The position numbers and the translations under genes were made by a program. Shown here piece by piece: positions 25,698 through 38,700 of a DNA stretch of 64,000 bases. The stretch lies in NCBI RefSeq assembly GCF_009914755.1, contig NC_060931.1, one strand, 5' to 3'. The notes beneath the pieces are model-generated. The model was not told the origin of the DNA, ran no database searches, and saw only the letters and a program-made list of their open reading frames with translations. This stretch comes from the human T2T-CHM13v2.0 reference genome, Homo sapiens. Each line of letters opens with the position of its first letter. The stretch's first letter is position 1.

Positions 25698-26750
25698 TCT
25701 CCACCCAATTTTTAAGCCCATGGGAGCTAAGAGTGTGCCGGCTGCATTTACCAATATTGGTGCCTGGCATGTGGGGAGACCCATTTCACAGAGAATGGAT
25801 GAGTGAATGAGAGGCTGAGTGAGTGATGAGTGGGTGGACGAACAAATAGTAGGAACAAGCTACATCTACTGTAAACTGGCAGAGATCTAGCATTAAGTAC
25901 AAGAAAGCCCACCCCTTTGACTGCTGGGCTCAGGTCGGTCTTGGAAATTGATGGGGAATCACTATCATGGCATCCACACCTGTGTCAAGGCTTCCTCTTG
26001 TGGCTGCAGCACCTGACCTCCTCCAGGTCTCTGTGCTCTCCTTCAGGATCTTTCCCCACAACAAATCTAGACAGATCAGAGATCCGCTTCAAGAATTCCA
26101 TCCTTAAAGGTTGTTCCTTGAAACCACTTCTGGTAAGAAAATCTCCATTAGGTTTGCATCAATAAAACAGGGCCACTACAAGTTTGAGAGTGTAACAGAT
26201 TTATGATCAGAATTAGACTTTATGCATATGTGGGAGGAGCTGAGGAAGACAAGGTCTTGAGGAGAGAAGTCAGAAGGTGAGGGAGCCAGTCAGTAGTCAG
26301 GGCTCCTGAAGCTCTGGGCAGGACGTGCTGGAGTGGCAGGAACATGAGAGGATCAGAGCATATCAGGCCATGCAGTGGGATCTTGAGCTGGGAGCACAGG
26401 AAAATGCCAAGGAAATCTGTTTCTGGGAAAGCTGTTCCCTCTCTATGGGGGCCACCCCTGCAGATGCACTACCAAACACTGTGGGCAGCCTGGCTGCTGT
26501 TGGCCAGCATTTGGGAAGATGAACTGGACACAGGGTGCAGAAGGAACAGGACTTCCTAGGTCTGTTGGATGCCTCTATATCTGCTGGTCACTGACTCTCA
26601 CTGTCCAACCACGATAACCTGCCAATTGTCATAGTGACTGTTTTATATCTGTCTTCTAAATGTTACAAAATGTATCCTTGACCATCTGTAACCCAGAATG
26701 ATAAAAGAAATGGCATTCTGGTAAATACAGGCTCTTGCCATTGTAGAGTT

Positions 26751-26848
26751 GACCTAACACAATCCAGCACAGGATGGATTCTCCCAGATTAAGGCATTGG
26801 ACCTAACACAATCCAGCACAGGATGGATTCTCCCAGATTAAGGCATTG
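26751..26848. repeat. Perfect 49-bp tandem duplication
   Basis: GACCTAACACAATCCAGCACAGGATGGATTCTCCCAGATTAAGGCATTG twice; single copy in unit 1 (~6677-6725). Confidence 0.97.
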
Positions 26849-26873
26849 GATCACACAACTGCCCCAACCCGCC

Positions 26874-27008
26874 ACAATCCCTGGTCTTCTATCCGGGGGA
26901 CACCTGTGCTGCCCAGGTGAATGTGGACACAATTTGTGTGTAGATGTTCCAGACGCTGGTGACTAACTTTTCTTTTAATCCTGTGCCTGAAGTCTCCCTC
27001 CACCCAGA
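26874..27008 (+). pseudogene. Truncated paralog of the 6751 relic (leader and intron only)
   Basis: Aligns to 6751-6885, then homology stops. Confidence 0.55.
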
Positions 27009-27033
27009 GAGTCTATATGTGTATATCTGTCTG

Positions 27034-27066
<33 letters not shown>

Positions 27067-27349
27067 GTAATTTCCACTTGGAAGAAAATGTCATGATGAC
27101 TACATGTTACTGGGATTTATTTATGAAAAGGATTTTATTAAAAAGAATTAGAAAATTTGAATCCTTTTCTGAATTTTTCCTTGGGACTGTCCTGAGAGCA
27201 TTTTTGACATGACCAACCTTTGTCGTGTGTGTATTTGGCAGCCTAGAGTGCAGCAGAGAGTTATTGGCCCCACATATTTGCGAGTTAGACTGGAGATGGC
27301 TGTAAAAATGACTGACTCTTAGTGTTATTCACTCTCAGTCTGGGCCTCA

Positions 27350-28100
27350 CTAGAATGTCACAGACTACCATCGAACAAATAGATTCCCAGTATGAAGAAT
27401 ATTAGGACATAGCAACGAGGAAACATGAGCACAAGCAACAAACGTTTGAAGTGCAAACCTGAAGACTCGAAATTTTGGCATTATAAGATATGAAAGTTTG
27501 GAGAGCTACATTTAAATGAACATGAGGGGGAACTGAAACAAGGAAAAAGAGAATGTCTGAAACCAACAACTTGCATAAAAATTGTCAAATAGTATATCTA
27601 GGAATGCCTCATACAATCACTGAAAACAAAATGGAAAGGCAAGCAGTTGATAAGCTCCTCCTATAGAGATTTTTAGTGATGTCAAAGATGGATCTGCAGG
27701 AGTGATCTAGAATGCAGCACAGAAAATAAAAAGTGAAATATGAAAGAAGTTAAAGAACAAGGAAGAAAAAAATGGATGTTTCCTATGTATTAGAATATGC
27801 ATATTTTTCATAATTTCTCATTCTTTTCTTGCATATGATTTATGTTTCAAAAAGATAAATAGGAAGAATGTTATGAGGTGATATTTATGAGATGTTAGCT
27901 GAGAATTTTTAGACGTGTTTCAGGACCTAAGTTCAGAGTTTCCAGAATCAAAATGAATCTCAAATAAGACAGTCAAGTCATAGGGAAATTGTAGAACATG
28001 AGGGAAAAAGAGAAGATTTTGAAAGCAGTCAGAAAGGAAAGAGAAATACGTCCCATAGAATAGATGGAGAACAACAGTAAGTCAAGATAGTAGTTAAAAA
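27350..28100 (+). mobile_element. Old L1 5'/ORF1-region remnant
   Basis: A-rich, with GCTGAGAATTTT and GAGAAGATTTTGAAAGCAGTCAGA-type motifs. Confidence 0.5.
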
Positions 28101-28648
28101 TAACCATTAGCTCAATTATCATTCTCCTTCATTTAAGGTGAGATTGATTAAAAAAACTTTTAGAAGTGGAATATGAAAAATGACTGCTGTGAGTTTGCTA
28201 CCAAGGTCTCTTTACTGAATTACAGTTAAGAAAGGTGGGAAATGATCCCAGAAGAAAGGCATGAGGGCAGTTCGTGAGGGAACCCATGTGATGGGACAGT
28301 CCCATTGGACACGTGTGACTGTGGGAATGGAGGAGGCTGGGGCATCAGTGAGGATGGCAGAGGGGACCCTGAATTGCAGGATAGACAATGAGCTCATGCC
28401 TTGGTGCCTTGTGTTGGGGGTGCTGTTAGTGCATCGACAGGACATGCCCAGCAGACAGAGGAGTGGCTGTAGGATGAGAAGGTGAACTCAGAGATGTAGT
28501 GTGAGGCCCACGGGTCCAGACAGCATGGGAGCCCAAAAAATGAACCATGCATTGATAGTGGTAAAAAGCTGATACATATTTAAAGCAGCACCCAAGTGTG
28601 TTCTAATAGAAATGCTGTGACCCTGAGGTCCTGGGGATTGAGAGAGGA

Positions 28649-28658
28649 AGTGATGTCA
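28649..28658 (+). promoter_or_regulatory. TRBV promoter decamer (TRBV7-8)
   Basis: AGTGATGTCA upstream of the ATG at 28760. Confidence 0.85.
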
Positions 28659-28759
28659 CTGTGGGAACTGCCCTGTGGAGACAAGGACGGCCCTTATCCT
28701 CTGCTTCTGTTCACAGTGACACTGATCTGGTAAAGCCCCCATCCTGGCCTGACCCTGCC

Positions 28760-29243
28760 ATGGGCACCAGGCTCCTCTGCTGGGTGGTCCTGGGTTTCCT
28801 AGGGACAGGTGAGTCCTCAGAACACCAAGTAGTTTCATTTTTTCTGTTTGTAGGTGTGTGTGTGTGAGAGAGTGGTTGTGTGTGTGTGTGTGTATGATGA
28901 CTACAAATATTTTCCTTATTCTGTTGCCAAATTCTATTTCCACAGATCACACAGGTGCTGGAGTCTCCCAGTCCCCTAGGTACAAAGTCGCAAAGAGAGG
29001 ACAGGATGTAGCTCTCAGGTGTGATCCAATTTCGGGTCATGTATCCCTTTTTTGGTACCAACAGGCCCTGGGGCAGGGGCCAGAGTTTCTGACTTATTTC
29101 CAGAATGAAGCTCAACTAGACAAATCGGGGCTGCCCAGTGATCGCTTCTTTGCAGAAAGGCCTGAGGGATCCGTCTCCACTCTGAAGATCCAGCGCACAC
29201 AGCAGGAGGACTCCGCCGTGTATCTCTGTGCCAGCAGCTTAGC
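28760..29243 (+). CDS. TRBV7-8: TCR beta V gene segment (leader 28760-28808, intron 28809-28945, V exon 28946-29243)
   Basis: Leader [16 protein letters not shown]; V exon [37 protein letters not shown]...FQNEAQ...[15 protein letters not shown]. Confidence 0.96.
28853..28893. repeat. Interrupted (TG)n microsatellite in the TRBV7-8 intron
   Basis: GT runs with a GA interruption. Confidence 0.9.
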
Positions 29244-29282
29244 CACAGCATGGCACAGTTGCCTCCTTCCTGTTCACAAACC
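29244..29282 (+). other. 23-RSS of TRBV7-8
   Basis: CACAGCA + 23 nt + TCACAAACC. Confidence 0.95.
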
Positions 29283-30424
29283 TCATCCTTCTCTCTCCTT
29301 GCAGCTCCTAGAGACCCTAAACAGAGGCCTCTCTTTGCTCCTCACTTTTCATGGGAAAGAATTACATCTGGACTTCAGCTGTTCTTTGGGTAGAAAGAGA
29401 CCACAGATTCATTCCTGAAACACAGTGACTGAAAATGTAGGTGGTGAAAACAATCATGGGAGTCCTTGGAGCCAGCTCACTGCTCCAAGCAAGGAGTGGG
29501 TGTCTTAGTCTTGGCCTTCAGGGCAGACATGCATCTTCTATAGGTCTTGGAGGCTGCTGTGCTGCCCACATCCATGAGGTTGTCATGGGCAGGAAACACG
29601 CTCTTCTCCTGCATATGTTGGGGCATCTGGAAGGTCTGAGGTTACATCCCAAGGAACATCTTTCTTCTGAAGCCTCTTCTATCCGTGTCACATTAGAGGT
29701 TTTCTGCAACAAAATATCGAACCTCTCTTCCTGTTTGAAGTAAAGGTCTTTGCAACTTTTGAAATCCTTACTTGATAAATACAGTCAGGATAACAATAAG
29801 ACTTCATTTCTTCTGCCTACTTTAAGCCAGGTGTATCCTTCATTTTATTTCCATTTGCTATTGCTGCTGTCCTGATAGACAGAAGTATGCATTCACCACC
29901 ACTGCCAGTTCACCTTGATTCTCTCAGGAAATCTGATTTCTAGACTCTGAGGGTTTTCATTGCTGTCCAACTCATTTGATTTGAAATAATTTTTCTGAGG
30001 CCGTTAAGAAGTGTTATATTTATAATATTGATTCTATTGCTGTTTATTTTTCATATTATATATTGTTATATAGTACTTGTTATAGATAGAAGTACAATGA
30101 TTATATTGCAATAGAATCTTCCACCTGTCTGTGGGTGCCGCTGCAGTTTGTATCTATGAAAGCGAATGCACTGGTCAGAGCTGATGTGATTATGAATCAT
30201 GGGTTTCTGAGAGTCCTCGGCGACAGACCACTTCTCCCAGTCTGGGACTCAGTGTCCCAGACACAGCCATGATAGAGGTGCCCTGAGTCTTTCCTAGGTA
30301 GGAGGGGCATCATAGCCCTTCCCAATTCACTGATCAGAAATTGTGGTTGTACAGATACCAAGTTTCTTTCCTCAGAGAATGACGGTCTCTGGCAGGCAGT
30401 TGCTCTGGACCCATTTTTTATTGT

Positions 30425-31700
30425 GCCATCATGAAATCCCTCCTTGCTCAGGTGCCCTGTGTCTCCTGGGACTGAGTAAGGCCAGGGCACAGATGGGAAT
30501 TCCCTGTCTTCCTAGACCTTCTCTCTAATGGCTGCCACCTTCCTCCACTTGACTCCTGAGACATCTGGTTCTAACAGTGGATAAGCTCTGACACTGAGGC
30601 TGAACAGAACACAGTCCACAGGTGTAAATGGTGCTGCAAGGACATGTAATAAAGTGAGCAGGGCTTCCAATTTATACTGAGAATGAACATGCAACAGGAG
30701 CAAAGGGCAGACATTACTAATGAACAAATAGGGTTTCTGCTCTAATGAAATCATTCTGTTGTCTTAAGTTAAGCAGGAGAAACTTTTCATTGCAATTACT
30801 TCAAGTCAAAGGCTAGCAGCTCCCAACCAACCAGGATAACTCTTTGCTCTGTGATCTCGGCAGCTTCAGAGGACTCAGAAATCCTTTCTCTGCACAAACT
30901 TCCCTTTGTCCATTCCAAAACCCAGGATCACACACTGATCCTATCATGAAAACAATGAGGTGTGCTATAGTTGCTGTGGCCTCATTTTTAGGGTGTTCAG
31001 TAGGAAGCATTGAAGAACTTTGAAAGCTTTGCTCTTGAGTCTAGGGATGTGCTGGAGCCAGCTTGTATCATTCAGAAGAGCCAAATAGGCATACTCTTCC
31101 CAGCTCCCTATTTAGTGAAGCCATGTTGGCGGCATGAAATCTACCATGGTGGGTATGCTGGTACAACCGAAATTAGCAAATGCTACCAGCCATGCCCCCA
31201 CCTTCACAGACACCCAGTTTATCAGCACATCCCTGGAGTATTTTCTGATGTCCGTTATGCCATGTCTTGTGGGCCCAAAAGGGCTCAGAATTCACCTCCC
31301 CTCTAGTCTTGCTCCTAGAAGCCATCATCTAAGGGGGCCTCCATTGTTCCTATTTCTGTTCTACCTCCAAATTCTCTTGCCTTGTGGTTGTCTCCTACAA
31401 GCATGCCACTTTGGAACATGACAATTATTTTGATTGTGACTAAAGGTATCACTGAACCAGTTAATTTTTTATGAATTATCTTTCCTAGCATGGAATATTC
31501 AGATGCTGGAGTCATTGGGAACAGAGATGAGCATGCAGCAACATGCAAGTTGTGAAACACTTACAGCCCCGCTATTCTTCTGTGGCACTGACAGACCCTG
31601 AAACAAGGACTATTTTGCTTTGGAGACTAAGCAGCTCCGCACCAGTCAGGAATGACTCTGCTTTTACTTTAGGCTGAGAGGTCAGAAGGATCACACCCTC
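30425..31700 (+). pseudogene. Paralog of the 10090-11355 relic
   Basis: Same motifs at ~30454-30510 and 31502-31700. Confidence 0.7.
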
Positions 31701-31961
31701 AGTATTCTCCTCTCCAAGGCGGAGTGTGGCCACTCTCCATCTCAGTCCCTGGAAGTTGCCCAGGGCTCCCTGAGAATCCCTGCTCTGGGGCAGAATCACC
31801 AAGGCTCATCCTCGCCAGCTCCCCACAGGCTCCAGCAGGGCTTTCCTGCCAGGTGCAGGGCACAGGAATGGCTCTGCCTGTCTCTTAGGTAGAGGGAGGC
31901 CATACAATGATGTTTGTATAAGAGGGACTGGGATTCTGGGTCTCCTTTAAAGTATTTGACA

Positions 31962-32253
31962 GGCCAGGCAGGGTGGCTCACGCCTGTAATCTCAGCACTT
32001 TGGGAGGCCGAGGTGGGTGGATCATGAGGTCAGGAGATCGAGACCATCCTGGCTAACATGGTGAAACCCCGTCTCTACTAAAAATACAAAAAATTAGCCG
32101 GGCGAGGTGGTGGGCGCCTGTAGTCCCAGCTACTCGAGAGGCTGAGGCAGCAGAATGGCATGAACCCCAGGGGGCAGAGCCTGCAGTGAGCTGAGATCGC
32201 GCCACTGCACTCCAGCCTGGGCAACGGCGAGACTCCATCTTAAAAAAAAAAAA
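31962..32253 (+). mobile_element. AluY-like, unit 2 only
   Basis: ATCCTGGCTAAC and GAATGGCATGAACC diagnostics; TSD ending TTTGACA; empty site at ~11610. Confidence 0.93.
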
Positions 32254-35200
32254 TTTGACAAAATTTTCTTTGATTTTTGTTCTATTTTGCCATCTCACCA
32301 ATGAGGAGAGCAATCTCTTGGTAGTTATATTGTTTTTGGCTCTTGGGAAAGTTTTTGTGGTTAAGTCACATTAAGAAATTGTGCCTTTTTTCCCTGTTCA
32401 GATATAACCCAAGGCAGTGAAAGAAACAGCAATAATTTTGAAAACAGTTAGTTATGCATCCTATGATAAAGGTGTTAAGTTTCATTGCCCACATCTAACT
32501 TTCAGTCTAGTGGAAATGAAAAGGCACAGTTAGGGGGCATGTGAGCATGCCATGAGAGAGGTCAATGCCAATTGAGAAGTCTGTGCCAATCCCCAGTACT
32601 GTGGGATTGAATGGGAGGGAGAGATGACCTCTCCTTCAGACTGTTCTGAACAAGGAGGGAGTGAGAGTTCATCCATGGGAACCTGAGGAGGAGCAAATCC
32701 CAGGGGCATCTAACTCAGGGTGCAGGAGCAAATCCTTGGAGAGGAAAATGGTCCAGTTCAGCTGTCACAGGAGATAGGAGAACGCAAAGTCATGTAATCC
32801 ACAGTCCCCTGGCTGATTTGCTTCCTTATGATCCTATTTTGCATCCGTGTTTCCTCAACTCCCGCTGCCCCCTGCCTCTTCCAGAATCATGTTTTGGCTC
32901 TTTGGTGCTCAGATCAGTGGATGTGCATTGTACAAGTTGATCATTTCCTGTACAAGCCCATTGCTGCTCTTAATTATATCCATCCTTATTTTGTGCATTA
33001 GGTACTGCTCCCTACACCACTGCTTATTGCCGTGTAATAAGTCTCATTTTGTGTATTTCAGTTTTACTTTTTATTATTACACATTTGACTTCATCTTCTG
33101 CTTATCTATACTTTTGGGGTAACATTGTTATTTTTGGAGGACATTTTTGTTTATCTTTAGTGATTCAGATTAAATAATCTCTTTATACTTCAACGTCTGT
33201 CTTTTATTTCTATTTAAAACCAAATATTATTTTCTTTTATTCCTCTCATTCTGTTCCTCTTTCTTTAGTTGATAGTTTTAAGGGAGAAAAATTTAGACTA
33301 TAACTGGAGCTACGTGATAAGAGTTATTCAGAATGAGGCTGGGATATTAACATTGTTAACTCAAAGCAACAGTCAGCATTAGAACTAGTGTTGGGATGAG
33401 GGTTTAGGGAAGCTGCTCATAAAACCTGCAGAATGGTACTTCTGGAATATTCTCTCAGCTCACTCTGCAGACACTTCCCAGCATTCCTTGGGCCATTGCA
33501 GAAGCAACAATGATGAAACATCACTTACTGGCCATAAGATGGCACTGTGGTCCACTGGGATCTAAAGGGCTCTGGGGAGTCTGGGAGAGCAGCCTAGGAG
33601 GGAAAGGGTTAAGAAAAATTAGGGCTTAGATCCAGTATTATGCAGATGTTGCAGCAGTTTTCAGTTTTGCCAGACTACCTACAGCTATGCGAGAGGTGGG
33701 AAGTCCCTCTAAACTTTAATGAGATCTACAGTTGAATAATTTTGGCTGGACAGCTTTGGTGTCAGGGACAGGTGCAGAGGAGCAACTGCCTCAGAGAAAG
33801 CTAGGGGCAGGATGTGCCCTGAGCCCAGTGCATCTGCGCTGCACCTCATCTTCCCTGCAGGTCTTGCCAGGCAACAGCTTTAACCTGCTCAAGTGATCTG
33901 GGATTCTATAAGTTTGTAAGTCGTACTGATAACATCATCTTGGCTGAGATTCCATTGGGCACCAAGCACGTGTACTCTGGAGGACAAAAAATATTGATAA
34001 CAGTTCTAAAACACTCAAGTAAACAAACTACTGAAGGAAAATGTTAATAGATGCACCAAACTGTACTGTTAGACTTGAAAATAATCAACTAATAGAATTA
34101 TCAAAAAGAGACTACAAATAAATCTTTACTAAGTATTTGTGGGCATCGAGCAGTGTCTGAGTCCTCTCAGGGTAGATTAAGGAAGGAGTTCAGCTATTAT
34201 CATGACTTTGGCTTGGATGAAAATCCATGACCTCCTCAACTGATTTTCTTGTAAAATGTTACAGAATAATATTGAGCAAACATTTTATTTTTCTCCAGCC
34301 TGTATCCCTCCTTAGCACTAACAGGTAAAGCGGACACCTAGAGGCACGGTTTCTTTAGTTGGGATCCATTAACTGCAGGACTCGGAGGTCCATAGCTGGG
34401 CTTCACAGGGAGTGCAAACCCCACGTGCAAGGAACCCCGTGTGTCTGTGCTGTGCCCAACTCCCTTCTGTGAGGCTGCCAAAGGCGGAGGTCCGGGTGTC
34501 CCAGGACCCCACTCACAAAGAGGGGAGCAGGCTGCTTGCTGGGCAAAAAAATCAGTTCACCAATTGGCCAATATGTTGAAAACCAAAAAGAAAGGAAAGG
34601 CTCAATTGTGAGACTGACGAACACCCAATTTCCCAAGTTATGAAATTTGTAGCAGCTCATGGTTCTCAGAATGGTTTCAACAGCCTATGAAGATATTTTT
34701 AGAAAGTTTTTGTTTGTCTACAGCTTTCCTTGATATTGATCCTCAGGTTTTTTTCAGCCCACTCATCACTTGACCTTATTTTGTGGCCAAATTTCAGTGT
34801 TGCCTATTTCAGTCACTGAGCACTTCTCATTCTCCAAATCTTACACAGATATGTGTGTTCCTGTCTTTTCTTCTTTTTGTGTGATTCATTTTTAAATTGG
34901 GCTGTGCAGAATACAAGCATACATTTGTAAATGACTCCCATCTTTTATGCAATTTAGCTGTTTAATTTTTAGTAATACTTTTTATTTAAGGTGTAATTAA
35001 TACACAGTAAAACACAAATATTAATACAAGGACATCCTGGTACATTTTGACAATTGCATGCGCCAGTGCAATAGTAACTAAATGATTATTAAAAAACTTT
35101 CCATCACTCAAGAAAGTGTCCTTATGCTCCTTTCCAATCAATTTCTATCCCAGAGATAAAAACTTTTCTATTTTTATCACCACTGACTAGCTTTGTCTAT

Positions 35201-35509
35201 TCTTCAGTTTCATATAAATGGAAACATATTTTTATTATTTTTCTTCAAAATTAGTAGTTTTGAAGTGTATTCATATTGTTGTATCAGTAGGTCATTCTTT
35301 CTTATGACTAATATTCCATTGCATAAATATACCACAACTTGTTTATCCAAGCTCCTGTTGATGGATATCCACGTTATGTCTGTCTTCAACTATTATGAAT
35401 AAAGTTGTTGTGAACATTCTTGTGGAATTCTTTCTTGCGAACATATGCATTCTTCTTTTTTTTTTTGATATAGATTTAAGAGTGGAAATACTCATAGTGT
35501 AGACACGTG

Positions 35510-36255
35510 TGCTATGCTTGCGTGTCCCCACAAAAGCTCATGTTGAAATTTGTCAGTGTAATGGTATTGGGAGGTGGGACAGTTATGACTAGGTCATGAG
35601 GGATCTGCCCTCAGAAAGAGATCAATGCCCTTATTGGAGGGGTGAATTATGTCTTGGGAACGGTCTTCTGATAAAAAGGATGAAATCAGCTGTTTTCTCT
35701 GTCTTGGGTGCTTGCTTCCCCTTCCTTCTGCCTTGGATAACAGCAGGAGGCCCTCATCAGTTATGGACCCTTGATCTTGGACTTCCCAGTCTCCAGATCT
35801 GTAAGCCAAATAAACCTCTTGTCTTTATAAATTGCCCAGTCTGTGATATTTCTCTATGTCAGCAGGAAAGACATTGAAAGAAAAAATGGTACCAAGAGTG
35901 AGGCTGTTGCTATAATACCTGCAAATGTAGAAGCAGCTTTGGTTAATGGGAAGCGGCTAATGGATAGAGGTTGAAAGAACTGGGAGGAGCAGACTAGCAA
36001 AAGCCTAGACTCCTGAAAACAGAGCATTAAGGGCAATTCTGGTGAAGGCTCAGGGGGAAATGAGGAACAAGGTATCGGAAATTGAAGTAAATGCCATCCT
36101 TGTGGTAAGTAGCAAAATCCTTGGCAAAACTGTGTTCTGTTCTAGGAATTTATTGAATATAAAAATTATGAGTCATTCGCTAGGATATCTGCTGAAAGAA
36201 ATATCTAAGTGGCTAAGCATTCAGGCTAACGTGTGACTACTTTCAGGCACCAGGA
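35510..36255 (+). mobile_element. MaLR LTR (MST-like) plus internal fragment, paralog
   Basis: Colinear with 15207-15960. Confidence 0.75.
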
Positions 36256-36976
36256 AATTTAACCAAGCAAGAAGGGAGCCAAGGGAATAGATTTTGCAAA
36301 CCAGCACAGATGGTGACCCTACCTCCCTCTGCTGTCCCATCTCCAATAAGACAAATTCTGTGCTGTTAGCTGTTAAAGCCCTAGAATTATTTCTGAGGAA
36401 TCTGTACTCTTCATAATTTACAGACAACCCAGCTCTGCTTTGGATCTGATCAGATGGACTAAATCTTGGGGACTCTGCACCACTGGCCACTGAGGAAAGG
36501 GAAGAGAATGTTGCCTGGGACAGGAAAATATAGTAAGAAACATTGGTGTGAATCTAGCATCAGAAAGATGATGTGAGGACAGCAAGGAAGAGCAGGAACC
36601 TGAAGTTTAATCAGGCTCCTCGCCCTCTGCTGATGGGCATGTGTGTGAGCTCCAGCATGGAGCACCGCAGCACTAGGTCAGAGGAGAGTAAGAGGGCGAT
36701 GGGGCAGCCTGTGAGCTGGGGCAGTGTAGGCAGAGGAGTAACTGTATCATCACAGAAGCTTCTGCCTTCAACCATCCCTCCAGCTCTGCAGGACAGGTAG
36801 AGAGTCCAGGGTCTGTGGGGCACTAGACCTAAGGAAGGCTTCCTGGGGAGGACACAGGACAGCCACATCACAGGATACCCCTCCCATCAGGAAAATGAAG
36901 GCCCAGAACTCACTCGGCTCTTCCCCAGGAAGACCAAGCCCTGAATCAGGTGCAGTGCCGCCTGGCCCACTGTGCC

Positions 36977-37443
36977 ATGGGACCCAGGCTCCTCTTCTGG
37001 GCACTGCTTTGTCTCCTCGGAACAGGTGAGTCCTGGGCACAGGACAGCAGCCCCATTCTCAGCTTTCCCACCCCAGTGTCCTCCACTTTACCTTGGGGAG
37101 GACCTCTGGGCTGTCTCCTGAGCTCATCCTCCATCTGCTTTTCCTGCAGGCCCAGTGGAGGCTGGAGTCACACAAAGTCCCACACACCTGATCAAAACGA
37201 GAGGACAGCAAGCGACTCTGAGATGCTCTCCTATCTCTGGGCACACCAGTGTGTACTGGTACCAACAGGCCCTGGGTCTGGGCCTCCAGTTCCTCCTTTG
37301 GTATGACGAGGGTGAAGAGAGAAACAGAGGAAACTTCCCTCCTAGATTTTCAGGTCGCCAGTTCCCTAATTATAGCTCTGAGCTGAATGTGAACGCCTTG
37401 GAGCTGGAGGACTCGGCCCTGTATCTCTGTGCCAGCAGCTTGG
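36977..37443 (+). CDS. TRBV5-8: TCR beta V gene segment (leader 36977-37025, intron 37026-37149, V exon 37150-37443)
   Basis: Leader MGPRLLFWALLCLLGT; V exon [54 protein letters not shown]...YLCASSL. Confidence 0.95.
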
Positions 37444-37482
37444 CACAGCCCAGCAGAATCACTGACATTCTGTATATAAACT
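37444..37482 (+). other. 23-RSS of TRBV5-8
   Basis: CACAGCC + 23 nt + ATATAAACT. Confidence 0.93.
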
Positions 37483-38700
37483 TCCTGCCTTAGCTTTGAC
37501 TTGAGAGCTGCAGGCCCCACTCAGTCTTCACTCCTTCAAGGGAAGCTTTTAGTTGTTTGGAAGGCATGTCTTGTGTCCTACTGAGGGCACAGCTCTCCCA
37601 ACCAACAGAGCCCAGGTTTCCTGTGCCCTGAGTGTGCCCACTTCTCCGCTGCATCTTCTTGCAGCTTGTCACTTCCTGGGTAACTTCAGTAGAAGAGTGA
37701 CTGCTGAGCCCCAGATGTGTGCTAGATTCTTTGTATTTGTTATGGGCTTAAAGCCTTGCAACAATCTTGTACATCAAGCATTCTTATTCTTCCTTGACAG
37801 ATGGGATGCTCAGGGACATTGAGTCATTTTCCCCGTTGTCTCCTGGCTTGTAAGGATCAGAAGTAGGAAACAAAGTAGTCCATCCATTTTCCACCTACCC
37901 CCCTGCTCCATCATCACCTTCTGCATCCTGGTCAGAGTAAGTCAGAACCCTCACACTGCCCTCTAGTGACCAGCAGGGCCGCAGCAGAGGCTCAGATGCC
38001 TTCAGGGGTCATTACTATGGCCTCCTCATTAGCAACTTTGAGGAATGTTAAATTTCACACTTTCTAAAAATCATTTATATGCATTCCCTGTGTCTTTCCC
38101 CAGTCTGCAGCTTATATTTTCATTTAATGGTGTTTTTTGATGCACAAGAGTTTAATTTAATGCAACAAAAACTAAAAACAATTTTGTTTGTGTGTAGACA
38201 AAAACCGCTTTCCCATATAAGTGTCTAAATATATTTTTCTCAATTTATTCTAGGAAAATTTAAGTTTGGATTTTCATCACTAAGAATAAATGTATCTGAA
38301 ATATATCTCATGTAAAAAATAAGGTGGAAACCTAGGAATGGGAGCGAAGGACATATGTTCAGTGAAGATGAAATAGTGTGTCAAAAAGAGCTGGAAAGTA
38401 GACACCCGGAGCTGATGGTGGAGAGGTAGGTGGAGGGCAAATAATCATGAACCTTGTCAGTTTGTTATCTTGTATAAGAAAGACAGCCAGGAGTAGAGAC
38501 CACATGGGCAAAGGTTTATGGCTGGTCTGTAGGTTGAAGGTTGCAGCAGGTAGAGGGAGGAATAGCAGGCAGAGGGCAGAGTCACTGTAGGGCAGGGGCA
38601 GTGGCATCATCAGTTGACTTTACTGACATCCAGGAATTATGTCCCTAACACACAAGCTGAAAAACCTCCCACAATTTGCCTATTTTTCCCTGACCCTGCC

